This document shows positions 41,616 to 52,047 of a stretch of 64,000 nucleotides of DNA, piece by piece. The DNA comes from Pseudomonadota bacterium (lineage in GTDB: Bacteria; Pseudomonadota; Alphaproteobacteria; SP197), in contig JBCCIS010000008.1 in NCBI GenBank assembly GCA_039028155.1, positions 73,004-137,003 on the forward strand. Direction: 5' to 3'. A program made the position numbers and the translations under genes. The notes under the pieces were generated by a model. That model was given only the letters and a program-made list of their open reading frames with translations. It made no database searches and was not told where the DNA came from. Each line of letters starts with the position of its first letter. The stretch's first letter is position 1.

Positions 41616-43859
41616 ATGACGGTTGGGATGGATGTAAGGCGCCTGCGTGACGGCGAATGGCCGGTTTCCGACAGTGAGTTGGAAGCCGAAAGCTCGACGG
41701 ATCTGCGCGCCTGGTGGGGCGCGCTGCGCCGCCACAAATTCACGATCGCCTTGATTGTCCTCGTCGGCACGATCGGCGCCTACTTTATCGTCGAGGGTAT
41801 GACGCCAAAGTACTCGGCGGTTGCCGAGGTGCTGATCGAAGGCCAGGGAAGCCGCGTCGTCGAGTTCGACTCCGTCGTTGAAGGACCCTCGCTAGAGCAG
41901 CCTGCCATCGGCTCCCAGGTCGAGATTCTGCAGTCGCGCTCTCTGGCGTCGCGGGTCATCGATGAACTGGCCTTGATGAACGATCCGGAGTTCAACCCGG
42001 CTCTGGTGCCTTATGAACCATCTCTATTGGAAAGGCTGAAGCCGCAGAATTGGCTGCCCGATTCTCTACTGGAGCGCCTGGGCATGGCGCCCGAACCGGA
42101 GGCGACAGCAGAAACGCCGGAAGAACGAGACGAGCGTTTACGAAGGACGGTGATCAACCGCTATCTCAGCCGCCTGACCGTCGAAGCGGTCAGTTTCACC
42201 TATGTCATCGCCATCACGTTTGAGTCTGAGGACCGGAACAAAGCGGCGCTCATCGCCAACACGACGGCCGAGCTCTACATCCTCGATCAGCTTGAGGCGA
42301 AGTTTGAAGCGACAGCCCAAGCCAATGCCTGGCTGAGCCAGCGGTTGGAGACACTCCGCCAGGACGTCATCGCCGCGGACAACGCGCTGACCGCCTACCA
42401 GTTGGAACACGGCCTTGGCGGGTCGGAGCGCCAGAGCCTTATCGAACAACAGTTGACCGACGCCAACAGCCAATTGATGGAGGCGCGCGCCGACCGGGTC
42501 GCGGCTCAGGCCCAGTTGCAGCAGATGCGTCAACTTGTCGAGCGCTCCGGTCCGTCGTCCGTCGGCGCGGTTCTTGAGAGCAGCCTGATTCAAGGTTTGC
42601 GGGGTCGTGAGGCGGAGGCCAGGCGCGAACTCGCCGAGTTGTCGACGCGCTACGGCGACCTTCATCCGGAGATCATCAACACCAAGGCCGAGATCGAGGA
42701 TCTGGTCAGGACAATCGACGAAGAGGTCGGAAAGGTCCTGCAGAACCTGGAGAACGAGGTTGAGATTGCCGCAGCCCGCGAAGCCAGCGTGCGCCAGTCG
42801 GTCAACGAACTGCAGGACCAGTTCAACACCGAGCAGTCGGCGGATGTCGGCAGGTTGGAGTTGGAGCGCCAGGCCGAAGCAATGCGCTTGCTCTACGACA
42901 CCATGCTGGCGCGATTCAAGGAAGTCGCCGAGCAAGAGCAGATCCAAGAGCCGGATGCCCGCGTCATCTCAACAGCGGTGCCGCCGGGCAGGCCATCATG
43001 GCCGAAGAAGAAGCTTTTGTTGGCCGGCGCCTTCGTCTTCTCGTTCATGATCGCCATCGGCGTCGTGGTTTTTATTGAACTGCTGAACACCGGGTTCCGC
43101 ACCATCGAAGACGTTGAACGGATTCTCGGCCAAAGGGGACTTAGCGAGGTTCCGACGATGTCGGGCGTCTTCAAGACCGATCCCGAAAACTCGGTTCTGA
43201 AGAACCAGATATCCGGTTTCGCGGAGGCTGTGCGCAGCCTGTCGACATCGTTGATTCTGTCCAACGTGGACAACCCGCCAAAGCTCATTGCCGTGGCCTC
43301 GACGCTGCCCGGTGAAGGCAAGACCTCTGTTGCTGTCGCGCTCGCACGCCTGATGTCGATGGGTAAACGGACCGTTCTCCTGATCGACGGGGACCTGCGG
43401 AAGCCGCGCGTCCATCGGGCCGTCGGGTTGTCGCGCTCGCCGGGCCTGTCGGACGCGATTGCCCATGACGTGCCGCTCCTGGAGGCGGTGCGGCCGGAAA
43501 GTGCGTCGGGCCTGCATATCCTGCGTGCGGGATCGGAAGTGCCCAATCCGCAAGACCTCCTGCAGTCAAAGAAGGCCAAGGCGATCTTTGAGCAGATGCG
43601 CAAGGCCTATGACATCGTCATCATCGATACGCCGGCGATCATGCCGGTCTCCGATGGCCAGCTGCTGACCAACATGGCCGACAAGACGATCTTCCTGGTG
43701 CGCTGGGAAAACACGCCGCGCAAGGTGGCGAAGCGCGGCTTGCAGAAGATTCTGGCCTCCGGCGCCGACCTGGCCGGCATCGTGCTGACCCGCGTCAACA
43801 GGAAGAAGCAGGCCGGCTACGGCGCTAAGGCTGAGGCCTACTACTACGGCCGTTACTGA
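41616..43859 (+). CDS. Polysaccharide co-polymerase / tyrosine autokinase (Wzc/ExoP/GumC-like, fused PCP-2a and BY-kinase)
   Basis: N-terminal TM segment, large periplasmic coiled-coil region and second TM; C-terminal Walker A STLPGEGKTS, Walker B VIIDTPA and a terminal Tyr cluster EAYYYGRY. Confidence 0.85.
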   Translation: MTVGMDVRRLRDGEWPVSDSELEAESSTDLRAWWGALRRHKFTIALIVLVGTIGAYFIVEGMTPKYSAVAEVLIEGQGSRVVEFDSVVEGPSLEQPAIGSQVEILQSRSLASRVIDELALMNDPEFNPALVPYEPSLLERLKPQNWLPDSLLERLGMAPEPEATAETPEERDERLRRTVINRYLSRLTVEAVSFTYVIAITFESEDRNKAALIANTTAELYILDQLEAKFEATAQANAWLSQRLETLRQDVIAADNALTAYQLEHGLGGSERQSLIEQQLTDANSQLMEARADRVAAQAQLQQMRQLVERSGPSSVGAVLESSLIQGLRGREAEARRELAELSTRYGDLHPEIINTKAEIEDLVRTIDEEVGKVLQNLENEVEIAAAREASVRQSVNELQDQFNTEQSADVGRLELERQAEAMRLLYDTMLARFKEVAEQEQIQEPDARVISTAVPPGRPSWPKKKLLLAGAFVFSFMIAIGVVVFIELLNTGFRTIEDVERILGQRGLSEVPTMSGVFKTDPENSVLKNQISGFAEAVRSLSTSLILSNVDNPPKLIAVASTLPGEGKTSVAVALARLMSMGKRTVLLIDGDLRKPRVHRAVGLSRSPGLSDAIAHDVPLLEAVRPESASGLHILRAGSEVPNPQDLLQSKKAKAIFEQMRKAYDIVIIDTPAIMPVSDGQLLTNMADKTIFLVRWENTPRKVAKRGLQKILASGADLAGIVLTRVNRKKQAGYGAKAEAYYYGRY

Positions 43860-43969
43860 TCTCTTGACGCCGCAACTCCACAACAGCTTTTTTCCGTGTC
43901 GTCATCCCGCACTGCCTTGAAGCGAGACGCGGCGCCCATGTCATCGCGGATCCCGGGAGAGATCTGAGG

Positions 43970-45127
43970 GTGACCGGCCGTCGTATCGTCCACGCCATAA
44001 CGCGTCTGATTACGGGCGGTGCCGAGGAAAACACGATCCTGACCTGCAATCATCAGGCACGCAGCGGCAATCCCACTTATCTCATCATCGGCCGGTCTTA
44101 TGACGAGGCGACGCTCGCGACAGTCGATCCGGCCGTCAACGTCATCGTTGTCCCGTCGCTGGTCCGCAACATCTCACCGTTTAACGATTTCGCCGCGCTC
44201 ATCCGCCTGGTATCACTGTTCCGGCGCTTGAAGCCCGATGTCGTCCACACCCACACCAGCAAGGCCGGCATCGTCGGGCGCATCGCCGCACTCTTCGTGC
44301 GCGGTTGCGCCGTCGTCCACACGGTGCACATCCTGCCCTTCCTCAATGTCGGACGGGTCGAGTTGCTGGTCTACCTGTTCGTCGAGCGCCTGACCGCGCG
44401 TTGGACGAAACTCTTCATTCACGTCAGCGAGGGCATGCACCGCTCGTGCCTGGAGCATGGCGTGGGGACCAAGTCAAACCATGTGGTGATCGAGAGCGGC
44501 ATGGATGTCGCGCGGTTCAGGTCGGTGGAACGGCCGGCAAGCTGGCAAGCGGTGATCCATGGCGGCGTCACCATTGACGATGACGAACCTCTTTTCATTC
44601 TGATTTCCGGCGCCCTTGAGCGGCGCAAACGTGCGAAGGAGTTTTTGCCGGTCTTCAAGGCCGTCAAGGAAGCCGTGCCTGAGGCGCATTTGCTGATAGC
44701 CGGCGACGGCCCGTTGGGCGAGGAGATTGATCAGACAATCACCGAACTGGGGCTAGAGGCGTCGTGTCACCGGCTTGGGTTCATCGACAACTTGCCCGAG
44801 GTCATCGCGCTGACTGATGTCTGCGTCCACGCCGCCCATCGCGAAGGGCTGCCACGGGTGGTCGTTCAGTATGTCATGATCGGGCGACCGGTCGTCGCCG
44901 CGCACCTGCCTGGCCTGGAGAGGGTCGTGCGCGAAGGAGAGACCGGCTTCATGGTGCCGACTGAGAGCCTGGACAGCATGACGGATCCGCTGATCACGCT
45001 CTTGAGGGACCCGGATCTGCGCAAGCGCCTTGGCGATGCCGGGCGGGCCCAGGACTTCAGCCCCTGGGACGCCGAGCGCATGGTGGTTGCGATCGACGGG
45101 GCCTACGATCGCTATCTCGGTCCCTGA
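43970..45127 (+). CDS. Glycosyltransferase family 4
   Basis: GT-B fold with the EX7E-like C-terminal region (HAAHREGLPRVVVQYVMIGRPVVAA). Confidence 0.75.
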   Translation: MTGRRIVHAITRLITGGAEENTILTCNHQARSGNPTYLIIGRSYDEATLATVDPAVNVIVVPSLVRNISPFNDFAALIRLVSLFRRLKPDVVHTHTSKAGIVGRIAALFVRGCAVVHTVHILPFLNVGRVELLVYLFVERLTARWTKLFIHVSEGMHRSCLEHGVGTKSNHVVIESGMDVARFRSVERPASWQAVIHGGVTIDDDEPLFILISGALERRKRAKEFLPVFKAVKEAVPEAHLLIAGDGPLGEEIDQTITELGLEASCHRLGFIDNLPEVIALTDVCVHAAHREGLPRVVVQYVMIGRPVVAAHLPGLERVVREGETGFMVPTESLDSMTDPLITLLRDPDLRKRLGDAGRAQDFSPWDAERMVVAIDGAYDRYLGP

Positions 45128-45137
45128 CAACACGCAT

Positions 45138-46265
45138 TCACGTCCCGGTATCAGCCGTGCCCGGTAACGCCTCCAGAACCCGCGAGCCGGCCGTTCTGAG
45201 TGCGGCGGCCGAATAGTTCTCAGCCATGTCTGTTGCCGCCTGTGTTCCGATCTTGCGGCGCAATGCCTCATCCTTCGTCAACGCCTCGACGTGTTCGACA
45301 ATGGATGCCTCATCAGGCACGGCGAACTTCATCATGTTGACGCCATCACGACCGTAGTCACGGATGCCGCCGACATCGGTCGTGATGACGGGCAGGCCGA
45401 CCGCCATGGCCTCGGCGACGACGATGCAGAAACCTTCCGTGTCGCTGGCATTGACATAGATGTCGTAGGACGGGCCGTCGGTGAACCACGCCTGGCGAAA
45501 ACCAAGCAGCGTCACGCTGTCGTCGAGACCCAGGTCTTTGATCGTTTTTTCCAGGTTGGCGTACTCCGGCCCGTCGCCGAAAACGTCCAGCACAACAGGT
45601 GTCCCACTGTCGATCAACCGGCGAACCGCGCCAATCAGCTTGTCGATGTTCTTGACCGGCGACAGCCGTCCGGCAACGGCCATCCGCAGGGGTTGGGCAA
45701 GACCGTAGTCGGATTTCGACTGGGTGCCTTCCTGGACGCAGAACAGGGGGACGACCTGTGATCTGCGCTGTCTGATCGGCATGAAGTAGCGCTTGGTCTC
45801 GTCGATCGTGTCGCGGCAGTCGCCCCAGACCTCGCCGACGCGAAACGACAGCAGCCACAGCAGGTACTGATAGACCCACTGAAGGCGACGCGAGCGGTAG
45901 CGCATGATGTGTTCGAACGAGACGCAGCGTGCTTTCGGAAAGAAACACAGGACAAACCGACCGACGATATTGGCTTGCTTCAGTGACAGGACGACCAGGT
46001 CTGGCCGGTGTCGGCGCATCTCGCCGGCGAGCGCAAAGGCGCCTTTGAGCATCGAACCCATGGTCAGGGCTTCAGAATCATGCGCCAGCCTCAGCCGTCC
46101 GGCGCCGGCGGCCTTGCCGACCGTCTCGGCCAAGCCGCCGTGGCCACGGCACAACGCGAGGACACGAAGGTCATGGCCCTCGAAAAATCCGTTTTCCAAC
46201 AAGGTCAGGAGGCCGTGCTCAGCGCCGCCTTGGTTGAAGCCGTTGATGACGTAGAGCACACGCAT
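45138..46265 (-). CDS. Glycosyltransferase family 4
   Basis: MRVLYVINGFNQGGAEHGLLTL N-terminus and a C-terminal GT1/GT4 domain. Confidence 0.8.
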   Translation of the reverse strand: MRVLYVINGFNQGGAEHGLLTLLENGFFEGHDLRVLALCRGHGGLAETVGKAAGAGRLRLAHDSEALTMGSMLKGAFALAGEMRRHRPDLVVLSLKQANIVGRFVLCFFPKARCVSFEHIMRYRSRRLQWVYQYLLWLLSFRVGEVWGDCRDTIDETKRYFMPIRQRRSQVVPLFCVQEGTQSKSDYGLAQPLRMAVAGRLSPVKNIDKLIGAVRRLIDSGTPVVLDVFGDGPEYANLEKTIKDLGLDDSVTLLGFRQAWFTDGPSYDIYVNASDTEGFCIVVAEAMAVGLPVITTDVGGIRDYGRDGVNMMKFAVPDEASIVEHVEALTKDEALRRKIGTQAATDMAENYSAAALRTAGSRVLEALPGTADTGT

Positions 46266-46368
46266 GAATGTTCCCCAAGGGGCCAGCGACCTGACCGAAA
46301 AACGCTTGTCGTGCCTCTATAGTCCGCTCAATGCATCGGATATCGGCTGCAACGTTCGTGCACCTCTA

Positions 46369-47352
46369 CTACGGCGTATCCGCCTGGTCCACAGCACGCA
46401 TGGATCGGATCAGACGATGGGCGCGAACGGCCACCATGCGGGGGACGCAAGCCAGTCCGACATAGGCATAGGCGCGGATTTGGCGGGGATCATGGCGCAG
46501 AGACCGCAACAGAAACTTCATCGCCGCCTTACGATCGCCGACCTGGATCATGCCCCAGCCGACCTTCGCGGCCCTCAGCGACAGGCGTTTGTGCGCCAAT
46601 GGCTTGAGCGTCGGGTTGCGCTCGGCAAACTCGTCTGTCAGGCGAATGTTATAGGGCCACAGGCGGTCTTGTTGGCTGGACAGCGACCCGGCGTGCCGCC
46701 GTTTCTTCACCAGCGCCTGTGGAATGTGGTGGAACCTGTACTTCTCGGCGATGCGCAGGCATATCTCCGTGTCTTCGTTCACGGGCAATGTCTCATTGAA
46801 CCCACCGACATCGTCAAAAACGGCCTTTCGGACGATCATGGTGGACGGCATTACCGGCGCATCGCGCAGGTAGTAGTCGACGAGGAGATCGTTATCGTCA
46901 GCCTGATAGCTCAACGTATGGACGCGATCCAACTCGTCGGGTGCGCCATCGTCGAACTCATAGAAGTCTGAATAGATCAATCCGACAACCGGGTGTCGGT
47001 CGAGATATGGCAACTGGACCTCAAGCTTGTCGGGCAGCCATATGTCGTCGCCGTCGAGAAAAGCGATGTGGTCTCCAGATACCTTCGCCAGAGCCTTGTT
47101 GCGCGCCGACGACACGCCGCCGTTCTGGGCGCGAATGAGGCTCAATTTGGGTTCGGTCGCGGCCAGTGCTTCGATCAGGTCGGCGGAATTGTCCGTCGAA
47201 CCATCGTCGACGACAACGATCTCGCGAATCCGCTCAAAGGCTGTCTGTGCGAGGACGCTTCTGACTGCCTCGACGATTTTCTCCCGTTCGTTATAGCAGG
47301 TCAGAATGACGCTGGTGTCGGCCGCGGCGGCGCTGTCGGCTCCGGCCATCAC
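46369..47352 (-). CDS. Glycosyltransferase family 2
   Basis: VILTCYNE...VVVDDGSTD...DGDD GT-A DxD signature. Confidence 0.8.
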   Translation of the reverse strand: MMAGADSAAAADTSVILTCYNEREKIVEAVRSVLAQTAFERIREIVVVDDGSTDNSADLIEALAATEPKLSLIRAQNGGVSSARNKALAKVSGDHIAFLDGDDIWLPDKLEVQLPYLDRHPVVGLIYSDFYEFDDGAPDELDRVHTLSYQADDNDLLVDYYLRDAPVMPSTMIVRKAVFDDVGGFNETLPVNEDTEICLRIAEKYRFHHIPQALVKKRRHAGSLSSQQDRLWPYNIRLTDEFAERNPTLKPLAHKRLSLRAAKVGWGMIQVGDRKAAMKFLLRSLRHDPRQIRAYAYVGLACVPRMVAVRAHRLIRSMRAVDQADTP

Positions 47353-48578
47353 ACCCGGCTCAGCGCCATCATCCCGGTCTGGCGTGCTTGGCTGCGTTGT
47401 CGACGCATTGTAATCCGTGAGAAGTCCGGCCAGAGGGAGACCAACGCCATAAAGAGAAACGCCTCCGTGCCCGAAGCTTCCAAGCCGCAGATGATCAGCG
47501 CCGTGATGTAAAAGATGACGAAGGAGAACAGATAGGCCTTGCGCGCCGGTGCGTCCATCTCACCGGTCAGCTTCATATAGCGCACGAAGCGAAGCGTTCG
47601 GTGGATCGCGGCGATCCAGATCAGCAGGTAGGCTGAAAGGCCGACCAGGCCATTCTCGACCATGATACGGAAGAACTCGCCATGGATAGATGTCCGCAAG
47701 AAGGGCGGGTAATAGGAAAACAACCTGTTGACCAGCATCTGGTAGCGGTTGGTACCGACACCGAACACGGGATGCTGCGAGAACAGTTCCATGCCCGCCT
47801 TGAAGGCGAAGATACGCTGTTCGTTGCTGAACGACACCGGCGCACCGGCCTGCGTATAACCGGTTTCGAATGCAAAGCTGCTGAGCTGTCGCAGCACGTA
47901 ATCGTCAACAAAGAAGACAGAAGCAGCCACAACGCAGATGATTGGCGCCACCAACGCCACAACAGCCTTGCTTGATCGCATGCCGATCAGGATCAGCAGT
48001 AGCGACAGGACGTAGACAATGAGCGCCTTGCGTTCTCCCGATATCAGGATCAATCCGCCCAACAAGCCGAACAACGCCAACTGCAAGAAGTTCGGCCGGA
48101 AGTTGCGCATCGCGATCCAGACCATGGTCAGCAGCGTGGCGACCGAGAACGTGTGCTTCAGTTCGTCCAGCCGCTTCCAGCCGGAGTAGTGGCCTTCGTT
48201 GACGTGCCAGCCGACGTTGAAGGCCAGAATGGCCCATGTAGCGCAAAACAGCACCCACCACTTCGCACCCCTGGGTGCTGGATCGTCGGCGTTGCAAAGG
48301 GCCAAAAGAAAAGCCATCAAGACACAAGCCTGAAGTCCTTCACGAATGCCGTTCGACTGGCCCACCATGAGGGCCGAGAACACGTGCACAAAAACGAATG
48401 GGAGCAGCAGCAGGTAGCCGGTCGGTAAGCGTATGTTCGCGCGCGCGAGGACCTTGTAGACCAGAAGGGCGGTCATCAATGCCGCGACGAAATCGAACGG
48501 CCGAAGCGTGATACCGCCGACCCGTTCCTCGATACCGCTGAACAGACTGAGTAGGGCAATAACGGCCAGCCAGGTCAT
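47349..48578 (-). CDS. O-antigen ligase / Wzy-like polysaccharide polymerase family membrane protein
   Basis: About 10 TM segments with a large periplasmic loop; 4-nt overlap with the downstream GT2 gene. Confidence 0.6.
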   Translation of the reverse strand: MTWLAVIALLSLFSGIEERVGGITLRPFDFVAALMTALLVYKVLARANIRLPTGYLLLLPFVFVHVFSALMVGQSNGIREGLQACVLMAFLLALCNADDPAPRGAKWWVLFCATWAILAFNVGWHVNEGHYSGWKRLDELKHTFSVATLLTMVWIAMRNFRPNFLQLALFGLLGGLILISGERKALIVYVLSLLLILIGMRSSKAVVALVAPIICVVAASVFFVDDYVLRQLSSFAFETGYTQAGAPVSFSNEQRIFAFKAGMELFSQHPVFGVGTNRYQMLVNRLFSYYPPFLRTSIHGEFFRIMVENGLVGLSAYLLIWIAAIHRTLRFVRYMKLTGEMDAPARKAYLFSFVIFYITALIICGLEASGTEAFLFMALVSLWPDFSRITMRRQRSQARQTGMMALSRV

Positions 48579-48774
48579 CGCGCCATCCGTCGGAAGAGGC
48601 CACGGCGATCGATGGCGGACCGGCTAGCTGTGTTATCGTCCATGACGGCAATTTATCATCAAAAGCATCGATTTAGCAGCGATCGTTTTCATTTGACCCC
48701 CTCGGTCGGCTAGGTAGTTTGTCTGCCCGTCGGGATCGCGCATCCGTCTATTCTGGCGTCAGGCAAGGCCACGC

Positions 48775-49797
48775 ATGATCGAGTTTTCCGTCGTCATACC
48801 GGTCTACAACAAAGAGCCCCATGTCGCCCGGGCGATCGCATCGGTCCTTAACCAATCATGTCCGCCCCGAGAAATCTTGGTGATCGACGATGCCTCGACC
48901 GACCGGTCGATCGAGATCATCGCCGAGATGGCTGGCGACAAGGTCCGAATGCTGGAGCGCGACACACCCGGACCCGGCGGATATGCAGCACGCAATCTTG
49001 GCATCAAGGAGGCGACGTCAGCGTGGATCGCGTTCCTGGATGCGGACGATGCGTGGAAACCCGATCACCTGGCCACACTCGACGCGACATTGGAGACGGC
49101 CCCTGACACGGTCGGCTGCGCCTTCGTCGGTAATCTCGTGCGTTCCAGCAGCGACGATGACGCCATGGCGGACACCGTCACCCGGATGCCCGTGTGCGAG
49201 ACCACGCATCTGGATTTCGATGACTTCCTCCGCCTGTGGCTCGCATTTGAGGATAGCCCGGTTCACACGTCGGGCACGGCAATCAAGCGGAGTGTCTTGT
49301 TGGACGTCGGCGGTTTCCCGGAGGGACGTTGCGAGCGCGGTGGCGACAAGGATTTGTGGCTTCGCACCTGCGCGGCGACCGAGGCGCTCGCCATCGCCAA
49401 GGTGACGTCGATCTACTATCGCGACGCCATCAATATGGTGACCCGGCAGGCCAGCCAGAACCGGGCGCATTGCATGTGTTATTCGCTGGACAAGCTTCAA
49501 GCCAGTTCCAGCGGGGAAAGGCGGAAGCTGCTTCAGAAGCTGCATAACTTCGAGGTCTTCCGTTATGCCGTCCTGTCGTGGCGCAAGGGCGATTTCGACC
49601 GGTCTCAGTTCCGGCAGTACTACACCCTGCGCGATCCCATAGGATTTTTGATGCTGCAGGGGATGAAGGTCGTGCCGGAGCGACGGGTCAGGATGTTCCG
49701 GCCGCTGCTGCGAAAGCTCAGGGGTGTTGCGTCCGGCAACCGGCAAGAGGTGGCGTCCGAACAGCGCGACGCCGGGCCTGAGCGCAAGACGACCTGA
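48775..49797 (+). CDS. Glycosyltransferase family 2
   Basis: FSVVIPVYNKE...VIDDASTD...FLDADD motifs. Confidence 0.8.
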   Translation: MIEFSVVIPVYNKEPHVARAIASVLNQSCPPREILVIDDASTDRSIEIIAEMAGDKVRMLERDTPGPGGYAARNLGIKEATSAWIAFLDADDAWKPDHLATLDATLETAPDTVGCAFVGNLVRSSSDDDAMADTVTRMPVCETTHLDFDDFLRLWLAFEDSPVHTSGTAIKRSVLLDVGGFPEGRCERGGDKDLWLRTCAATEALAIAKVTSIYYRDAINMVTRQASQNRAHCMCYSLDKLQASSSGERRKLLQKLHNFEVFRYAVLSWRKGDFDRSQFRQYYTLRDPIGFLMLQGMKVVPERRVRMFRPLLRKLRGVASGNRQEVASEQRDAGPERKTT

Positions 49798-49812
49798 CCG
49801 TGCGAGTTCGCG

Positions 49813-51375
49813 CTAGATGTGGAGGTCGGGTATCAGACGGCGCAGCGGCGATGGCGCCCTGCGTCGGAACTCCGACAGCAACCAGACCCCGTTCGGGCCC
49901 AGGAACCATGACGGCTTCAAAAGGCAGACGCCGTAGCCCACAAGGCCACCGGTGATGGCCTCGAGCGGAAACTGCAGGTTCTTTTGAACGCCGCTCCAGA
50001 CGAAATGCTCACCGATTGTGAGGGCCACCAGAATGGGCGCTGAGAGCAGAATTGCCGGAAGAACAGCTTTTCCAATGTCCAGCCACCTGACATGAAGAAG
50101 CCGGTTCGAGAGGTGCATGCAAAGAAGGCAGCACGAGGCATAGGTAAAGACGACGGCGACACTGATTCCGATGACACCGTAATCGCTGCCAATGAGACAC
50201 CCGACAATGATGACGGTCGCGAAGGCTGCTTGGCGGGTGACGACTTCCTTGGCTCTGCCCAAGGCCATGAAGACAACGTTGGCGACCCTTAGATTGAGGC
50301 CAAAGATCATGGTCAGTGACAGAATGGCCGTCGGGACGATGGCCGGTGTCCATCGCTCGCCCAGCAGCAGCAACACCAAACCCTCAGCGCCGTGGCAGAC
50401 CACCACCATCAGCGGCGCGGCGGCCAGCGAACAAAGGGCGACGGCGCGCAGATAGCCCCGTGCCATGCGTGCCCTGTCGTTGTTCATGTCGGACATGACA
50501 GGGAACAGCACGTTCGTCGAGCCCAACAGGATGAGCGGGAAGTCGACGACACGGTTGGCGCGGCTGAAGATACCCAGAGCATCCGCGCCCAACACGCGGC
50601 CGACGATGAACTTTGCCGCGTTGTCGGACAGAACCGCCAGCGCGCCGGCAAGACTGAAACCCAGGCTTACGCCCAACAGGTCGCGCATATGCGACGTGAT
50701 GGCGGGGATCGGGTTGAAGCGGGCGCACCAGAACAGCACGGTGGTTTGCGTGAAGGCCAGGGCGATGTTGGCAATGACCAAGGCCCAGACGCCATAGCCA
50801 GCGACCGCCAGCGCAATGGCTATGCCGGTCGTCGCAAACAGAGACGAGCCCATTTCGGTCAAGGCGACAAGACGGAACTTTTTCCTGCGCCGCAGCAAGG
50901 CTATCGAGATAGAAAGGATGGGGTTGATCAGAACGATCAAACACATGGCCTTGAGCACGTCGCTCAGCACCGGCATGTGGAAGAAGGTCGCGATAATGCC
51001 GGACCCGAACCAGATGAGGACAACCGCTAACAGGTGGATCAAGAGCCCGCCGGTGAAGGCGTTGCGTACATGTAACGGCACCAGATCCTGGCGCTGAATA
51101 ATCGCCATTGGAAATCCGCCTTGAACGAGGCCGGATCGGGCAATGCCGATAAAGATCATCGCGGCGGCAAAGACACCGTAGTCCTCGGGCGTCAGCAGGC
51201 GCGCCAGAACGGCGACCGTGCCGAGGCTGAACACCATCATGATGACCCGGGCACTTGCGATCCACGCCATCCAGCCGATGGTTTGCGATGACGTGCTGCC
51301 TGGTGTGCTCTTCAACCTTAATCCCGCGAGGTCCGTGCGTTGCTGAATGGCGCCAGCGTGTTTATCGAACGGCAT
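49813..51375 (-). CDS. Polysaccharide flippase (Wzx, MOP/PST superfamily)
   Basis: 12-14 predicted TM segments typical of Wzx; real start may be the internal Met (about 51270). Confidence 0.7.
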   Translation of the reverse strand: MPFDKHAGAIQQRTDLAGLRLKSTPGSTSSQTIGWMAWIASARVIMMVFSLGTVAVLARLLTPEDYGVFAAAMIFIGIARSGLVQGGFPMAIIQRQDLVPLHVRNAFTGGLLIHLLAVVLIWFGSGIIATFFHMPVLSDVLKAMCLIVLINPILSISIALLRRRKKFRLVALTEMGSSLFATTGIAIALAVAGYGVWALVIANIALAFTQTTVLFWCARFNPIPAITSHMRDLLGVSLGFSLAGALAVLSDNAAKFIVGRVLGADALGIFSRANRVVDFPLILLGSTNVLFPVMSDMNNDRARMARGYLRAVALCSLAAAPLMVVVCHGAEGLVLLLLGERWTPAIVPTAILSLTMIFGLNLRVANVVFMALGRAKEVVTRQAAFATVIIVGCLIGSDYGVIGISVAVVFTYASCCLLCMHLSNRLLHVRWLDIGKAVLPAILLSAPILVALTIGEHFVWSGVQKNLQFPLEAITGGLVGYGVCLLKPSWFLGPNGVWLLSEFRRRAPSPLRRLIPDLHI

Positions 51376-52047
51376 CAGCGCTACGAATCCATCCAGACCA
51401 CCGCGCCGACAGTCTGAAACACTGTTGTGACGTCAATGTCGCGAAAAATCTCGGAAGCGCCACTCAGCCTGGACGGTGCGACAAAGGCCGGTAGTTTGAC
51501 CTGGTTGTCAATCACTTCTTCGATGAATCCAGTGCCGGTAGACAGTGTGTGATGAGGTGCGCGCCGCTACTGTTGATTATCGGTTGCTGCCTGCCGCCAA
51601 GTGTCCGCCGGGCCTCGGAATACCCATTGTAATAGGAGAATAGTTTTTAAGTTAACTCGACCATAGATTGAGAAATCCCACATGCCTATCTGATGTTCGT
51701 CCGCCAAACGTTAGTAGGACACAAATCTACAACCTAAATTCTCGCAACACTTGCCCTTGTCTTCATGAATACCTGGTATCACACTACTTTGTAGAGCGCT
51801 CAAGATAGCCTCGCCTCGCCGTTTCGTCGGCGACAGGTTAAGGCTGTTTCCAAGTAGATTTGATGATCCCAGGCTCGCGAGAATTAGCTGTTGCCGTAGG
51901 CGGCGTGAGATACCGAGCGATCTATCCGCGACAAACCATCGCAGGGTATGTCCGGGCGGCTGTCTGCTTGGCCAAATCGGTGCGTTTTGTTCCCGGTTCG
52001 TGGGTTTGTCGCCCGTTGACTCGGTTGGCTGTTCGCGCGTGCCGGCC

